A stretch of DNA of 64,000 nt from Selaginella moellendorffii (lineage: Eukaryota > Plantae > Lycopodiophyta). Shown in pieces: positions 1 to 14,924 of this stretch. The first letter of the stretch is position 1, and each line of letters begins with the position of its first letter. Location: NCBI RefSeq assembly GCF_000143415.4, contig NW_003314305.1:1028027-1092026 (forward strand), read 5' to 3'. Position numbers and translations under genes: made by a program. The notes below the pieces were generated by a model, which made no database searches, was not told where the DNA came from, and saw nothing but the letters and a program-made list of their open reading frames with translations.

Positions 1-20
1 TTTTTCTCTAACAAGTTATA

Positions 21-613
21 TGTAAGCAACCAAAGGGAACGACTTGAGAGACGGTCCATGGGGTTTAAATATAGAGGGAAAGGGCCCATGAACAAGAGTG
101 CACCCCCTTTTCCAATCGGTTAAGGGTCTTGGGATAGTTGGAGTTAAGCGTCCTTGGGTTTGAATAGTACTGGGCTGGGTGACCTCCTGGGAAGTCCAAA
201 CTCAAGAGCTTACATTTGGTATCAGAGGGGTCTCGAGTCCGACTCTGTTGGTTGGCTAAGGGAATCACACCACATGTTGATTGACATCTGGCTGGTCCAG
301 TTTGCTCCCGCTGGGCTCGACCCGAGGGGTAGGGTGTCAAGAGAGCGGGGCTCTTGGGAGAGCTGTGGCTCTCAGCTTCCGTTCACGAGGGCGTGAACTT
401 GTAGGGAAGCGTGGTGGATTGTAAGCAACCAAAGGGAACGACTTGAGAGACAGTCCATGGGGTTCAAATATAGAGGGAAAGGGCCCATGAACAAGAGTGC
501 ACCCCCTTTTCCAATCGGTTAAGGGTCTTGGGATAGTTGGAGTTAAGCGTCCTTGGGTTCGAATAGTACTGGGCTGGATGACCTCCCGGGAAGTCCAAAC
601 TCAGGAACTTACA
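21..613 (+). mobile_element. Cassandra-type TRIM (non-autonomous LTR retrotransposon carrying a 5S rRNA segment in each LTR)
   Basis: 194-bp direct LTRs 21-214 and 420-613, each TG...CA; 5-bp TSD TTATA (16-20, 614-618); Met-tRNA PBS TGGTATCAGAG at 217; purine-rich tract before 420; 5S-like AGTTAAGCGT...TAGTACT...GGGTGACCTCCTGGGAAGTCC at 142-197, with a variant at 541-596. Confidence 0.93.
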
Positions 614-618
614 TTATA

Positions 619-3500
619 GTGGGGTGGAATAATGCCTATAGAACGATAAATTTATATATCTTCCAACCAAGTGATAGACATAAAGATTGCAAATGAGTAT
701 ATAAAAGTTTGTCTACCTTAGTATTAGATGACTCTTTTGTAGTGATATGGCTTAAGTAATTGGCCTGTTTATAAAATTTTTCAAGTCTATGTATTATTTC
801 AAGATTATATTCTTGTAATAGTAAAAATCATGTAGTTAGTCAAGTAGACATACATAGCTTGTTGATGAGATATAAAAGAACCTTATGGTTACTAAAGACA
901 TTTACTTTTATTGTCAAAAGATAATATCTAAAATTTTATAATGTGTAAACTACACTTAAAGCTTCTTTTTCAGTCATTGTGTAGTTATACGCAGTAGGAT
1001 TTAAGCATTTATTGGCATAGTAGATAAGATGATTTTGTTATCACTTTATGTCTGGGACTATATTGCGCTTGTGCCAATATCAAAAGTATCTACTTATAAG
1101 TGAAACTCTTTTATCCAAACTAGCTTAATAAGTATAGGTGCTTCTTTGAAGTATTATTTAAGCCTTACATATGCTTCTTGACAATTATTGATCCATATAA
1201 TAAAGTATCTTTTTTTGAAAGATCAGTAAGTGGCTTAGCAATTTTTGCATACACTTTTATAAATCACTTACGATGACCAATTTTACCTAGAAATCAACGA
1301 ATACTTTTCAAATCATGTGGTGGAGACATTATTTTAATTACTTAAGTTTTAACTTTGTCTACAAGAATGCCTTTCTGCATACAATATGTCCTAAAAATAT
1401 GTCTGAATTTATAAAAAAAAAAGTACATTTCTCTGGATTAAAAGAAATGCTATATTCTTTGCATTTTTAGAAACATTTTTGCAAGCAAATTAAATGTTCT
1501 ATTTTAGAGTTGAAGACATTAAAATCATCCATGAAAACTCTCATGAAATCAATGAAATATTCTCTAAAAGTGTCCATTACAACTCTTTGAAATGTGAAAG
1601 AAATATTGCATAGGCCAAAAGACATTTTACAATAAACATAAGCTCCTTATAGGTCTATATAAACCATTTTATATTAATCTTCAAATACTACTTCCACTTG
1701 ATTATAGCTAGAGTATCCATCTAAAACTAAATACATCTCATAGCGTGCTATTGAATTCAGAATTTTATCTGTGAAAGGAATAGGGAACATATCCTTTTTT
1801 GTTGCATCATTTAGCTTTTTGTAATTCACACAAACTCGTAACTTACCATTTTTCTTAGGCACAATTACAAATGATAAAAACTATTAAGCATTCTGAATTA
1901 GATAGATAAATCCTGCTTAAAGGAGTGTAGAACCTTATTTAAATAACTAAAAGGCTAATAGGTAGCCTAAGTTAATAAAATAATACGTAGGCAAAAATAT
2001 CCATTTAATAATAAACATTATTGTAAAAAGAACAATTACAATGATAATTGAAGTGCCAAATGTGAATACCTACGTGTNNNNNNNNNNNNNNNNNNNNNNN
2101 NNNNNNNNNNNNNNNNNNNNNNNNNNNNNNNNNNNNNNNNNNNNNNNNNNNNNNNNNNNNNNNNNNNNNNNNNNNNNTGACCATTGGGATTATTTGTTTA
2201 GAGGTAATTTTTGAGATTATCCACTTAGTCATGAGGAAATAGGCCTAGAGACTATAATTGGCCTAGAGAATATGATTAGCCAAGAGGCTATAATAGGCCT
2301 AAAAATTATAAAAGATTAAAAGAGTATGATCAAGCTAAGACTCTTATTTGTTATCTTAGGCTATATAATCATGCTAAATCATTAAGCAAAAATGATAGGC
2401 CTCCTAAGGATATATAACCTATAACTAGGCACGTTGAGGTAGAATGGTTAGATAAAAAAAAACTACCTAGCGTTTGTGTTATAATCAGAGCCCAATGAAG
2501 AAGGGGCATTCAGCTGAATGCTCCTCTTTTTCATAAAATTGACACTTGATTAGTTGGAGTTTGCATTCTTCTTTGTTATGGTTTTCATTTTTGCATTTGG
2601 TACACCAAATTTTTTGTTTGAGATTGATTTGTAATTTAAGACTTCTTAATCATAGTTTTTTTTTCAAGTCATCAAAATTTGCATGACCTCTCTTTATCAC
2701 ATGAATACGATAAATTTTTTTGAGGCCTTGTATGTATAGACATAGATATGTTTTGTCTAACACTAAGTCTTTACAATACTTATAACATTATTGAATCAAG
2801 TTGTATATTCCTCAATTATTTCAAACTTTCGTTAATAAAACTTTTGCAACTCATTATAGTTTTCTTTTAGGTTTATTTTCATAGTGAAAGCTTTAAGGAA
2901 AAGCTTTGTCTACTCATCAAATATGCCAAGTTTTATGACATCATTATTATAATACTAGTCTTTGGCTTTGCTTTTAAGCATATAGGGAAAAAGATTCTTT
3001 TTTTGCCCATTTACTTGATTGAACTTAATTGCTTTTGTATATTGCTTAATATGCAATTATGGGTCCTCTCCTTTGATTCTAAGAAAGGATGAATATGTAA
3101 TGACAGTGCATATTATCATTCTTGTAATTGTTATCATGCTCATTGCAAGTTAACAGGAAATGCTCTATTTTGCAACTAGTATAGACAAAACAAATATTTA
3201 GTTCATAGGGGAATATAGATCACTATCAAAGGGAAAAAGTTGTAAATTTAGTTATTCTTCCTCTTGTGGGGAATCACTCTAATTGTTTTGTATTTCACTA
3301 CTTTCAGCTGAAGTAGAGGCATTTTCTATGTGTTGATAGTGCCAAGGAGGAATAGTATGTGAATTTATGTATTCTAGATGACCGTCAAAGTTATATTAAG
3401 ATTTCTGATCTCCTCTTCGTTGAAATGTACTTAATATGCTTTTAGCTCACTCTCTTTCAAGTTTTTCTCTAACTTGGTTGAGTAATGATTTAATATGTTC
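619..3500 (-). mobile_element. Degenerate Ty3/gypsy LTR retrotransposon internal region (gag, RT, RNase H remnants)
   Basis: RT motif PKKNGKLRVCVNYKKLNDATKKDMFPIPF..LDGYSSYNQ (1674-1862); RNase H-like NYTMTEKEALSVVY near 930-1020; gag-like stretch ~2850-3100; many stops; boundaries approximate. Confidence 0.8.
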
Positions 3501-4559
3501 TGAAGGGGGGGGTTAAGATTGCAAATATCATGAGCAAGTGCTTTATAATCTCATTTTAAATCTTATGAATACTTCTTTTCAAAATGTCTTTTGCTCATCA
3601 GATTATGAAGGAAATATTATATATCTATTACCTTTTTTGGTATAAACAATGACAATTTTATGCATAAAAACTATGCCCTTTAAAGATTTATAAATAAAAT
3701 CAATTGTTAGTTTATACCTATATATTTGGAGGTCTATTGGTGTTGCTACTTGGTAAGCCTAGTTATTATTCCTCGTTCGTGGAATGAGTGATAAGGTTTT
3801 AGTATGCAATGTATTCCCCTTGTAAATTGACTTATTAATCACTCTTAGAAGCAAACATTTAGCTTCCCAATCAATTTTGGAATGAGAATGGCTTTCTTCT
3901 AGAAGCCAAATGTTTAGGACATTTTTTATATTGAAATCCCAAAAATTTCTCGAGGAACAAATGTTGTTTTTCATAGTGTATCTATCTTGCTCATGTGTGT
4001 TCCACCTTAAAAGATTTTTACTCCATAAAATTTTATTGCCTATCAATCCAAATTAAGAATTGATTCAACATCTATTAGCCCAATTATCATCAAGTGTATT
4101 TCTACCTATGGGTGTCTAAACTTTATTATGAACCGTTAAAGTTCCCACAATAGCTTTTTTTGCCTAAGATTGCATAAAATTTTAGTAATTGTCTAGTAGG
4201 TAGAATTTTATAAATCCTTTGCAAATTATAATACCTAGGATTTGCATTTAGCTCGGATAGGCAAATTATCTCTCTGTCTAAGAAGAATTTTGGTATTATT
4301 TTCTTTTTGTATAGGTAACTCCACAGATATAAGTCTCGTTTACACACTTACAAAGTAATCTAAGTGTATTATTACACCTTTAATAATAGTAAAAGTACTA
4401 GGAGTCAAACTTTTGTATACCTTAAGTAGAATATTGTCAAGTATTTCGCTCGGTAATTCATCGAGCTGTTTAAGCAATTTTGTTAAATTTATTATTCATT
4501 GGCCTAATTAGGTATACATGATAGTTTAGTTTTTGCTTTCTTATACTTTTGCTTAATCA

Positions 4560-6270
4560 CACAAAGTGGGGATCAACCAACTTTTGTCTGGGTCTATAAG
4601 CAACATGTATCTTCTGATAAATGTGGTGGATCTCTGATAAACATTTTTATTTTGTCTACCCTAATTTCCTCATTCAACTTTTATCAAGACAATGGTAGGT
4701 TGTCAATCTTTAGCTTATAGGTTGTTCTGAAGTTCCATACTTTGAAGTGTGTGAATGATATATAACGCTTTTTGGGCAAAATGCAAAATCTTGATTATTT
4801 TGTTGATCATCTTTTTAATCATACTACACTGTTATAAGCATTGTTGAAGTCATTAATATCATCTTTCATTTAGTTTGAGGATTAAGAATTAGCATTTATC
4901 TGATATTTGTCTTGGGGTGTATTGATATAGAAAAGTATGAGTGTGTTTAGTTAGCAGTATCTTATTGCATACATCAGTTGTACATTATAATTAGTAAAGA
5001 TGAACCACTCCACAACATAGGAGTGTTTAGCAATAGTTTGGCATTTCAAAAAGTTTCATGTATATTTACATGGTTCTTATACATTACTAAAAGGTGATTA
5101 TATTATAGTTGCATTATTATTGAAGTACAAAAACTTGGTTGGTTTTATTGTTTGGTGAACTCTAAAGTTTCAAATATATATTGAGATTGTTCATCACTTG
5201 GGGAGTTCTATACTTAATGTTAATACTCTTTCTTGAGTTCCTCTCCCTTCTTCACTTTGTTCACTTGTTTTTTATTAAATTATTATTCTAGTATCCATGG
5301 ATTTTCTAGATGAGGATTCTGTGCTATTGATTACTATACTTAATATTTAGTGTCCACAAGGTGCGGCACAAAATTTATCTTCTCTTGATAAAGCTTATGA
5401 AACTCAAAAACTTGAGTTGTGAATTTAAAAGCTTTGTGATGGGTTTGAGAATCCTATATTAATTATTAATGACTTGCCATTTATATTCTTAATATTCATC
5501 TTGAGTACGAACTTCTTTATTTTATGAGGACTGATTATGATAATCATTTATGGCTAGTGGTGCCTTTAGTTTTTATTCCACTCTTTCTCCACACCTATCA
5601 TGACTCTTATATTCTAGATGGGTATATATAGCATCGTTACTAAGAAGTTGTATAAGTCTTTTAATTGGCCAAAGATGTGACATGATGTTATTCAATATAT
5701 GTGTAGATGTGCCAAGTTTCCCCCTCATATTGTGGAAGGACGATTGGAGTTAATTACAATTTCCCATTTATTTGAGTTGGTGGTGTTAAATTTAATAAGG
5801 TATTTTCCATGGTTGACTATTGAGAATGAGTATGTCATTATCTCTTTGACTACTTGACTCATTGGTGGAAACTAGTGCTCTTGTTAGTGCATTTGCAACT
5901 ACTATTAGATACTTTCTCCTCAATCGAGTGATGTTCTAATATTCTTCCCTAGAATGGATTTTGTTAGTTAATAATCTTCTATTTATAGCTGAGGTATTTC
6001 ACATTTTAACATTTTGGTTGAGGATACACTACACTTTCACTAGTATTTATCATTCACAAATAGATGGTTTGGTAGAACAGTTCATTCAAACCTTCAAAAT
6101 GATGATTGCAAAGTACATGAATTTTCAACATTCAAATTAGGATATTATTTATTATCTCTTTAGTATACATGTCACAAGATACAAAGTTTCATAAGTGTTT
6201 CACCATATATAATCATAATCCAATATTGTCAATAAAATTGAGTTTACCCTTGTTTGGGTGGCCATTCTCT
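4560..6270 (+). mobile_element. Degenerate Ty3/gypsy RNase H-integrase remnant
   Basis: Manual translation: NHSTT*ECLAIVWHFKKFHVYLHG (RNase H, ~5000-5080); FTSIYHSQIDGLVEQFIQTFKMMIAK (integrase core, ~6035-6115). Confidence 0.7.
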
Positions 6271-6599
6271 TATACATCCCCACATTTCCATACACTTTGG
6301 ATAAGTAGATTCAAATCTGCCAATAAAGTATAAACTCACTCTCATATTCCCACACTTCAAGGATTGTTACAAAAATGGAGAGAGATGGTCCCCCAAGTTA
6401 CCCACTCGACCCTATGCCTGCTCCTTGCAACCTCACAAGCACAAGATCCTGTGGGCAATGATAGAGCCCTTGCCCTACTTATCATGTGGTTTCGAGCTGC
6501 TCCAGGGCCATTGATCCAAGCTCAAACATTCAAGCATGCATATCATGTTTGAATTGACTTCATCAACTAAACGGTCAAAGGAGTCCTTTGTAATGTAAT

Positions 6600-6657
6600 G
6601 TGGCTGTAGTTAGTGGTGAGATTCCATGTTGTGGCTGTGGAGATCCCAGTAGCCACA
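6600..6657 (+). pseudogene. tRNA-His pseudogene (T-arm deleted)
   Basis: GTGGCTGTAGTTAGTGGTGAGATTCCATGTTGTGGCTGTGGAGA-[del]-TCCCAGTAGCCACA; decayed inverted copy of 8084-8155. Confidence 0.85.
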
Positions 6658-6723
6658 ATTGCATTCTTTTTTGGTAAGCTTGTTGAAGTTTTAGTTTGAC
6701 TTTATTTGCATGCTTCAGTCGAA

Positions 6724-7894
6724 TTAATACATTTCGAGAAACACTGGATACAACGGAGGCATGGCTGTTCTGCTACATTCATTGAACTCATCCAGAAGCA
6801 CTGAAGAAGTACCTTTCTCCAAGTAGAGTGGGATGTGATCAAAACCAACATCTTGTTTGTTGGAGAAAAACCTCCCTGTTGTAGATTCGGAGGCTGGAAG
6901 CAATGCCAGCCAAATAGCTGTTTCAGCCCCGGCTTGAGCCGAATGACCATTATTCCTCGACATATCGGTGCTCGTCAGCCCTGGACACATGCAATTCACA
7001 AAGATTTTACAACCTTGTTTGGGGAGATTCCATGCCATCGCTCTTGAGTAAGCATTGATAAGGAGTTTAGATAAGCAATAGTCGTATGCTCCAAAGATCC
7101 CAGACCACCCTTTTTCTCTAAGTTGGCCATGCTCCACGTCCTCGATGAACTCCTCTGCCACTTTGTACAAAGTTTTGACTGAGAGCTTGTCAATGTTAGA
7201 AATCTTTTGTACCACGGCTTGGTTTCGAAGAGACTTTTAAGCACCGAGAGTTTATAGCTAAATCCAGAAGAGACTTACATCCATTCGGCTTGTTGCTGAA
7301 CTCACATTGGTGATGCGAGACCCATGGGGAGATTGTGATCTTAAGAAAGGGAGCAAGCACTCGATCACCATCCTCGTTCCGTAGTAGTTCGTGCTGATAA
7401 CATCCTTGGAACTCTCCACTGTTGGATTTCCCAAGTGATCATTTCTTGAGATTCCAGCATTGTTAACCTTTATAACATAGATTCATTAATTATTGCCAGA
7501 ATTCAGGGGAGAACTCAAACATACCAATATGTCGACGCCATTGAACTTAGTTTCGATCCATTTAGCAAAGTTTTGGATGGATGACGGGCTTCTCACGTCC
7601 AAGACATGGAAGTGAAGCGTTTCCGGATTGATCTTTTGATCCTTCTTGAGAGAATTTAGAGCCGCCAATCCCCTTTGCTCGTCTCTGGATGTCAGGATTG
7701 TAGTCACTCCCTTGAGTGCCAGGCCTTGAGCAATGGCAAATCCGAGCCCCTTATTGCTCCCAGTCACCACCGCAATTGTATCTTTGGACCACCATCTTGT
7801 TGTCCAGGAAAAGAGCATTGATTTACATGGAAGAGACTTGAGTCAAGCAAATGTAAGAAGTATTTCTCCAGAACACTTACTGCGAGTCCGCCAT
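6724..7894 (-). CDS. Short-chain dehydrogenase/reductase, carbonyl-reductase/(+)-neomenthol dehydrogenase-like (copy 1, 4 exons)
   Basis: TGSNKGLG Rossmann motif, NNAG, S and YCLSK catalytic motif, CPG..STDM; mini exon 1 ATGGCGGACTCGCA|gtaagt. Confidence 0.9.
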
Positions 7895-8083
7895 AGCTCA
7901 AGAAGGCAACAGTTGCACGCACGATTGAGATGTGATATTGTGGTGCTGGTCTTGTGCTTTTATTTGCGTGAAAGGACAGTGGGGTTATTGCTGGAAAAGA
8001 AAAGTCTTCTCGGGGATTTGTCGATTAGCAACTCAAACAAAGAATAAAGAAGCAGACTACAATTTTGTTTAGCACAAAATGGA

Positions 8084-8155
8084 TGTGGCTGCTGGGATTC
8101 GAGCCCAGGTCTCCACGGCCACAACGTGGAATTCTCACCACTAAACTACAGCCAC
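8084..8155 (-). tRNA. trnH-GUG: tRNA-His (GTG)
   Basis: GTGGCTGTAGTTTAGTGGTGAGAATTCCACGTTGTGGCCGTGGAGACCTGGGCTCGAATCCCAGCAGCCACA; full cloverleaf matching the plant cytosolic tRNA-His pattern; TTTT just downstream. Confidence 0.93.
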
Positions 8156-8219
8156 ATTACTTGTTAAGTGGGTAAATAATTCCACTAGATTTATATTTAT
8201 TTCCTGAGAAAAAAATTGA

Positions 8220-10300
<2,081 letters not shown>

Positions 10301-10836
10301 AAGCCTAAGATTTGGCGGGAATATCCAAAGTTATTTGACAAGTTAAAAAGTTGGATCATTCTTTGTATTCGCCCCGCTGTTCTGATGTAATGCACCCATG
10401 GCAATGCTTGGTAGCCACTCTTCTCAATGATCTTCAAATTGCAAACCTGGAACCAATTAAAACAAATTCAAACTCAAATGAAAAGCCTTGGATCTTTTGA
10501 AGGAACGTACCAAACCAGGGCTTAATATTGGCCAACTACTAAAAAAACTTGACTAATAATTTTTTTTTTAGTGGTTTCATGACGATGAGTTTGTAAATTA
10601 AAGTTGTCATTTGAATACAAATAAAAAATCTAACTAGTAGCAGCTTTAAAGAGGCTCTAGTGTTAATTTAATGTTTTCCTGCAACAAAAACCTCACTCAC
10701 ATGAAGCAGTATTTGTAGGGACAACCATACAAAGTTGGAATAACTTAATCAAACCTGTAGTAACAAAGAATGAGCAAGAAAGAGTACAGGTGTCATAAGT
10801 ATGCACTTTAAGAAATGTTGTTATACTTCAGTGAAA

Positions 10837-10954
10837 GACAGTGCCTAAAGTTGATTAGTATTTGATTAGTATTAGTTGATTTAGTATTAGTAAATATATT
10901 GACAAGAACATCTTAAAAGTATTAGTATTTCACTAATCAACTTTAGGCACTGTC
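10837..10954. repeat. 118-bp element with perfect 23-bp terminal inverted repeats (MITE-like)
   Basis: GACAGTGCCTAAAGTTGATTAGT ... ACTAATCAACTTTAGGCACTGTC around an AT-rich interior. Confidence 0.65.
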
Positions 10955-13900
10955 CCAAACTACTTTAATTTGTGCACATTGACACTCTCCTCACCCACAA
11001 GGTTTGGCAAAGACAAACTCCTAGCTAACATGGTAACCAAACATGGTTTTAGAAATCCAAGGCTGAAATCTTATTCTTGATGGAATTCTCTACAATGTTC
11101 AGTATAGCTGATCCATGTCCATGGTGTGCAAATGTAGCTTGTGCAGGCTTGTTTAGTGTAGGGTATGTGCTGTGTAACTCAAACTCGGCTGTGACTATAT
11201 AAAGAATAAATTACTGCACTATGCAACAATATCTGGGTTTGCTTTGGTTTTTCTTATGTAAAATTTTTTATCATAAATTACAAGATTACTATCTATCTGT
11301 AAGTGATGTTTTAATTTAACATATTAAAATCTTCCCATAATAAAGATCTAAATTACAGTGAAATTTCATATGTAAAGTATATAATTAATTTGGTGATTGA
11401 AGAAAATTTCCTCAAGAGAAAAAAGAGTAATGTGGTCCACTTTTAATATAATTTTTATAAAATAAACATTCTTACAATGTATTAGAAATTAATTGATGTT
11501 TTAAAGAATATTTTATATTATTATCTAGCAAGACATATGATATATACACTATATGTTACTAAATCATTTTTACATGATGTTTTAGTTCCAATTAGAATAT
11601 GTTTCTAGTGATGCAGTTGAGTGTGAAAACCTCAAACATATGTCTTTGGTTACCCATATCTTTAATAAGCTCTTCAATAAATGATACAATTATGTTTTGC
11701 CAAATCCTGCTGGGAGTAAAACACTACCTTAAATATGGATTGGATTCAATCTAATCCATTCATTCTTGGATCTAAACAAATAAAAGTTTTATGTGAAATT
11801 AAGCTAAAGTTATTTAATAAAGGATACCAAAAGAGTTCCAGGTCTTGAACAAGCCTTGAACTATCTTCTTATCAAAGATTTGATACAGGAACAGTAAAGG
11901 TATTACCTTTTGCCTCTGTTGGAGTTAACAAAAACCCTATAAGTATATGCAGTAAAAAGAATGGTCCTAAGAGTTGCAAATATGACATTGCTCGTCAAAA
12001 ACCTCCCCACACCCTAGTTAAATCCACATATCATGTATTTAAAATGTCAAGCTCAAAATCTGTTGCTACTCTTCAGCCTTAGTTTAAGCTTTCAAATTCC
12101 CACATTTCTGGAGGATTGCTACAAAATAGAAAGAAAGAAATGTGGTTGAGTTTCTTAGTTGATCCACTCAACCCAAATGCCTATTAGAGCTCCTTGCAAC
12201 CTTGCAAGCATGCCCACTTGATTGTTAATTGATACAATGAAGCAGTATTCAGCTAAATTGACCTGGTCAACAAAGGAACAAGACTATTTGACCTACTTGT
12301 GGGGAGGCAGAGTTTATTTATGAAAGAATGCTATGCTTAGTTGTACAAACCAATTACTGTCACAACTTTTTCCAAGTATGGTAATATACTTTGACATAAA
12401 TGAGTCTTGTTTCTCATACCAAAGAAGGTAAAGAAGAGGTGAGCGTGTTTTTTAGACTCTTACCAGTGTTCTCTATGGTAGACAAAGTGTGTTTGACTGT
12501 GTATCATTTTGTTTGAATCAATGATAATTTCTCTTTGATAAATTATTGAGTTTAAATTGTGATAGAATATCTAACTTTACTTTTAAAAGTTTAGTATACA
12601 TGTTAGGGTTTGTATAAACCTCAATTTTATAGGGTGCCCCACTTTGTCTTTTCAAGTAAAAACAAAGATTTCATATTCAAGTTATTTTTATTCCATTTTT
12701 ATTGCAAAATGATATTTAATAGGAAATTATCCACAAAAATTGACTGCTTCATTATATTAACTCTTTATTAAACATATTTAAATTAACTTCTAAAAAGCTT
12801 TTCCAAGATTTTCATTTAGTAGTGTAATTATCTTTTATAGATGCTAAGAACTTATAATTTTAAATAAATTAGTTTCAAAGTGTATTCATTTTTAGTTTAG
12901 ATCTCCATATAAAAGCTTGTCCATTTGTGTTAAATACAGCTATATAACTTGTATTTTCTACACAACATGAAAATGTTATCTTTCTAATATAAATTATTAG
13001 ACCATATAACAATATATTTTCTATCATAAATTACAAGATTCGTATCTTTTTGTATATAAAGAAAACATTCAATACCTTTTCCTGATGTTTCTGTTTCCCA
13101 TATTAAAATATTTCATAATAGAAAAAATTACAGCTAAATTGTATATATATAATATACATTTGATTTGGTGATTGAAGAAAATCTTCTTTGCTAAGGCAAG
13201 TAAAATAAAAACCACTTTTTATACCAGTTTTATGATTAAACAATATTTTATTTCATCTAACAAATTTTAAGTAGTAAATTATTGTTTTAAAACATATTTA
13301 ATATCATTATCTAGTATATACTCTATATATATATGTATCTACCTTTTATATACTTTATGGATATATGTTATCAAATAAATTTCAACAAAGATTTCAAACA
13401 TTAATTCAAATTCTTTTTTAGTGATTTACCTTTGAAAGGTATGTAAATACATGTATGTATATACATGTATTACCCTAACTAGGTAATACACTAATTATAG
13501 TACTATAGTATATAGACTATCCATTTGAGACATAATCTTGTCCATCCATTCTTATATAAACCCCAATTAATATACTTATTCCTATATTCTAAACACTCAC
13601 ATTAGTGGAGATGAGGGGCATTGCAATTTAGCTTTGAAAGGCAAAGTTTTTTGGTAGTGTTTTGCTCTAGTGTTCAAGATTGTGCTTTTTTGTTCTTATT
13701 TCTTCATTCTCTTTTAGATCTAGATTTGTATTAACTTTTTGCAAAATCTAAAATTTTAGTTATTGTTGTGCTTAGATTTGCTCCTTTTTTTTATTTTTTA
13801 TCTTCATTGCATTCTCTTCTTCTACTATGCCATGTCGTCATCAATTAAGGAGTATGTCACTTAAAGCTGCTAATACTACTCCATTGGATTGAACTTTTGA

Positions 13901-14924
13901 TGCTGTAGGGTGTGATTATGTTGATGTTGCACCCATCCTTGGTGTATTGCCATCTCTAGCTTTCATGAGACGTGATTACACGGTTTGTCTTATCCTTGGT
14001 GTTCTGCCATCTCCTGTTTATGTGGAATATGATCATAATATTGATTGGCGAGTTATGGATAATGCATTCCAATTCTTGGAGAATGTTCAAGGATCAAGTT
14101 TATGGGAAAACGATGTGTATGAGCTCGAACTTGATTATTATGAAAATAGCTTTGGAGATGAAGTGGAGATTTTGCGAGGTAGGTATCAATATTTCAATTT
14201 TCCATCTGATCCTTTCTCTTTCCCTTCTGCTCTTTCCTGACCTTTTCTTATTTCTCGGCTTGAGCCACTTTCTCATGTTCTTAGTATTTCTTCCTCATTT
14301 ATAGTGTTTTCTTCTCTTAGCACATTGATCATTTATGACTCTCATAATTCTCTTTCTCAATCCAATGTTGAGTGGAGTGTTTTCTATCCTCCTCATATTA
14401 ATCTTGATGTTAAATGTGTTCATGAAATTGAGAATCTTGCTTTTGTTTCATTGGCAAAATTTTTGATTAGTTCTGTTATTAAGTATTCCTTTGTTCCAAA
14501 AGTTGAGTCACTTTGGCTAGAGTTTCGAGTTGAATGTATGTTCCCACTCGTGAGTGCTACTGAAAGCCTTTGCTTTACTATTGCTACTGAGGAGTTTATA
14601 TATTCCTTTGAGAGTGTGGATGTTATTATTGATTTTCTTATCTCAAATGTTAAGTATATTGAGGAGGTTGAGTGGTGTGAATCTTTTGTTTATATTGTGG
14701 TGGCCAAAATATTTTATGATAAAAAATACTTTATTTTCCAAGTTTTAAGCATATGTTCTTTTAATTTCACATTGCAAATTGTTTCTTTATCCACTTTTTC
14801 TTCTTTCATAATTGTTTTTCCTCAATTTTTCTCATTTTATCCTTGTTACCCTGACACTTCCAACTTTTTTTTTGAACAATGGGATGTTCATGTGATAACT
14901 ATTATTTACAGACTTCACAACATC

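Noticed and set aside
65-396. Short ORFs over the TRIM
   Set aside because: Chance frames in a non-coding element
142-596. 5S rRNA genes
   Set aside because: Only ~56-bp internal fragments embedded in LTRs; not full 120-nt genes
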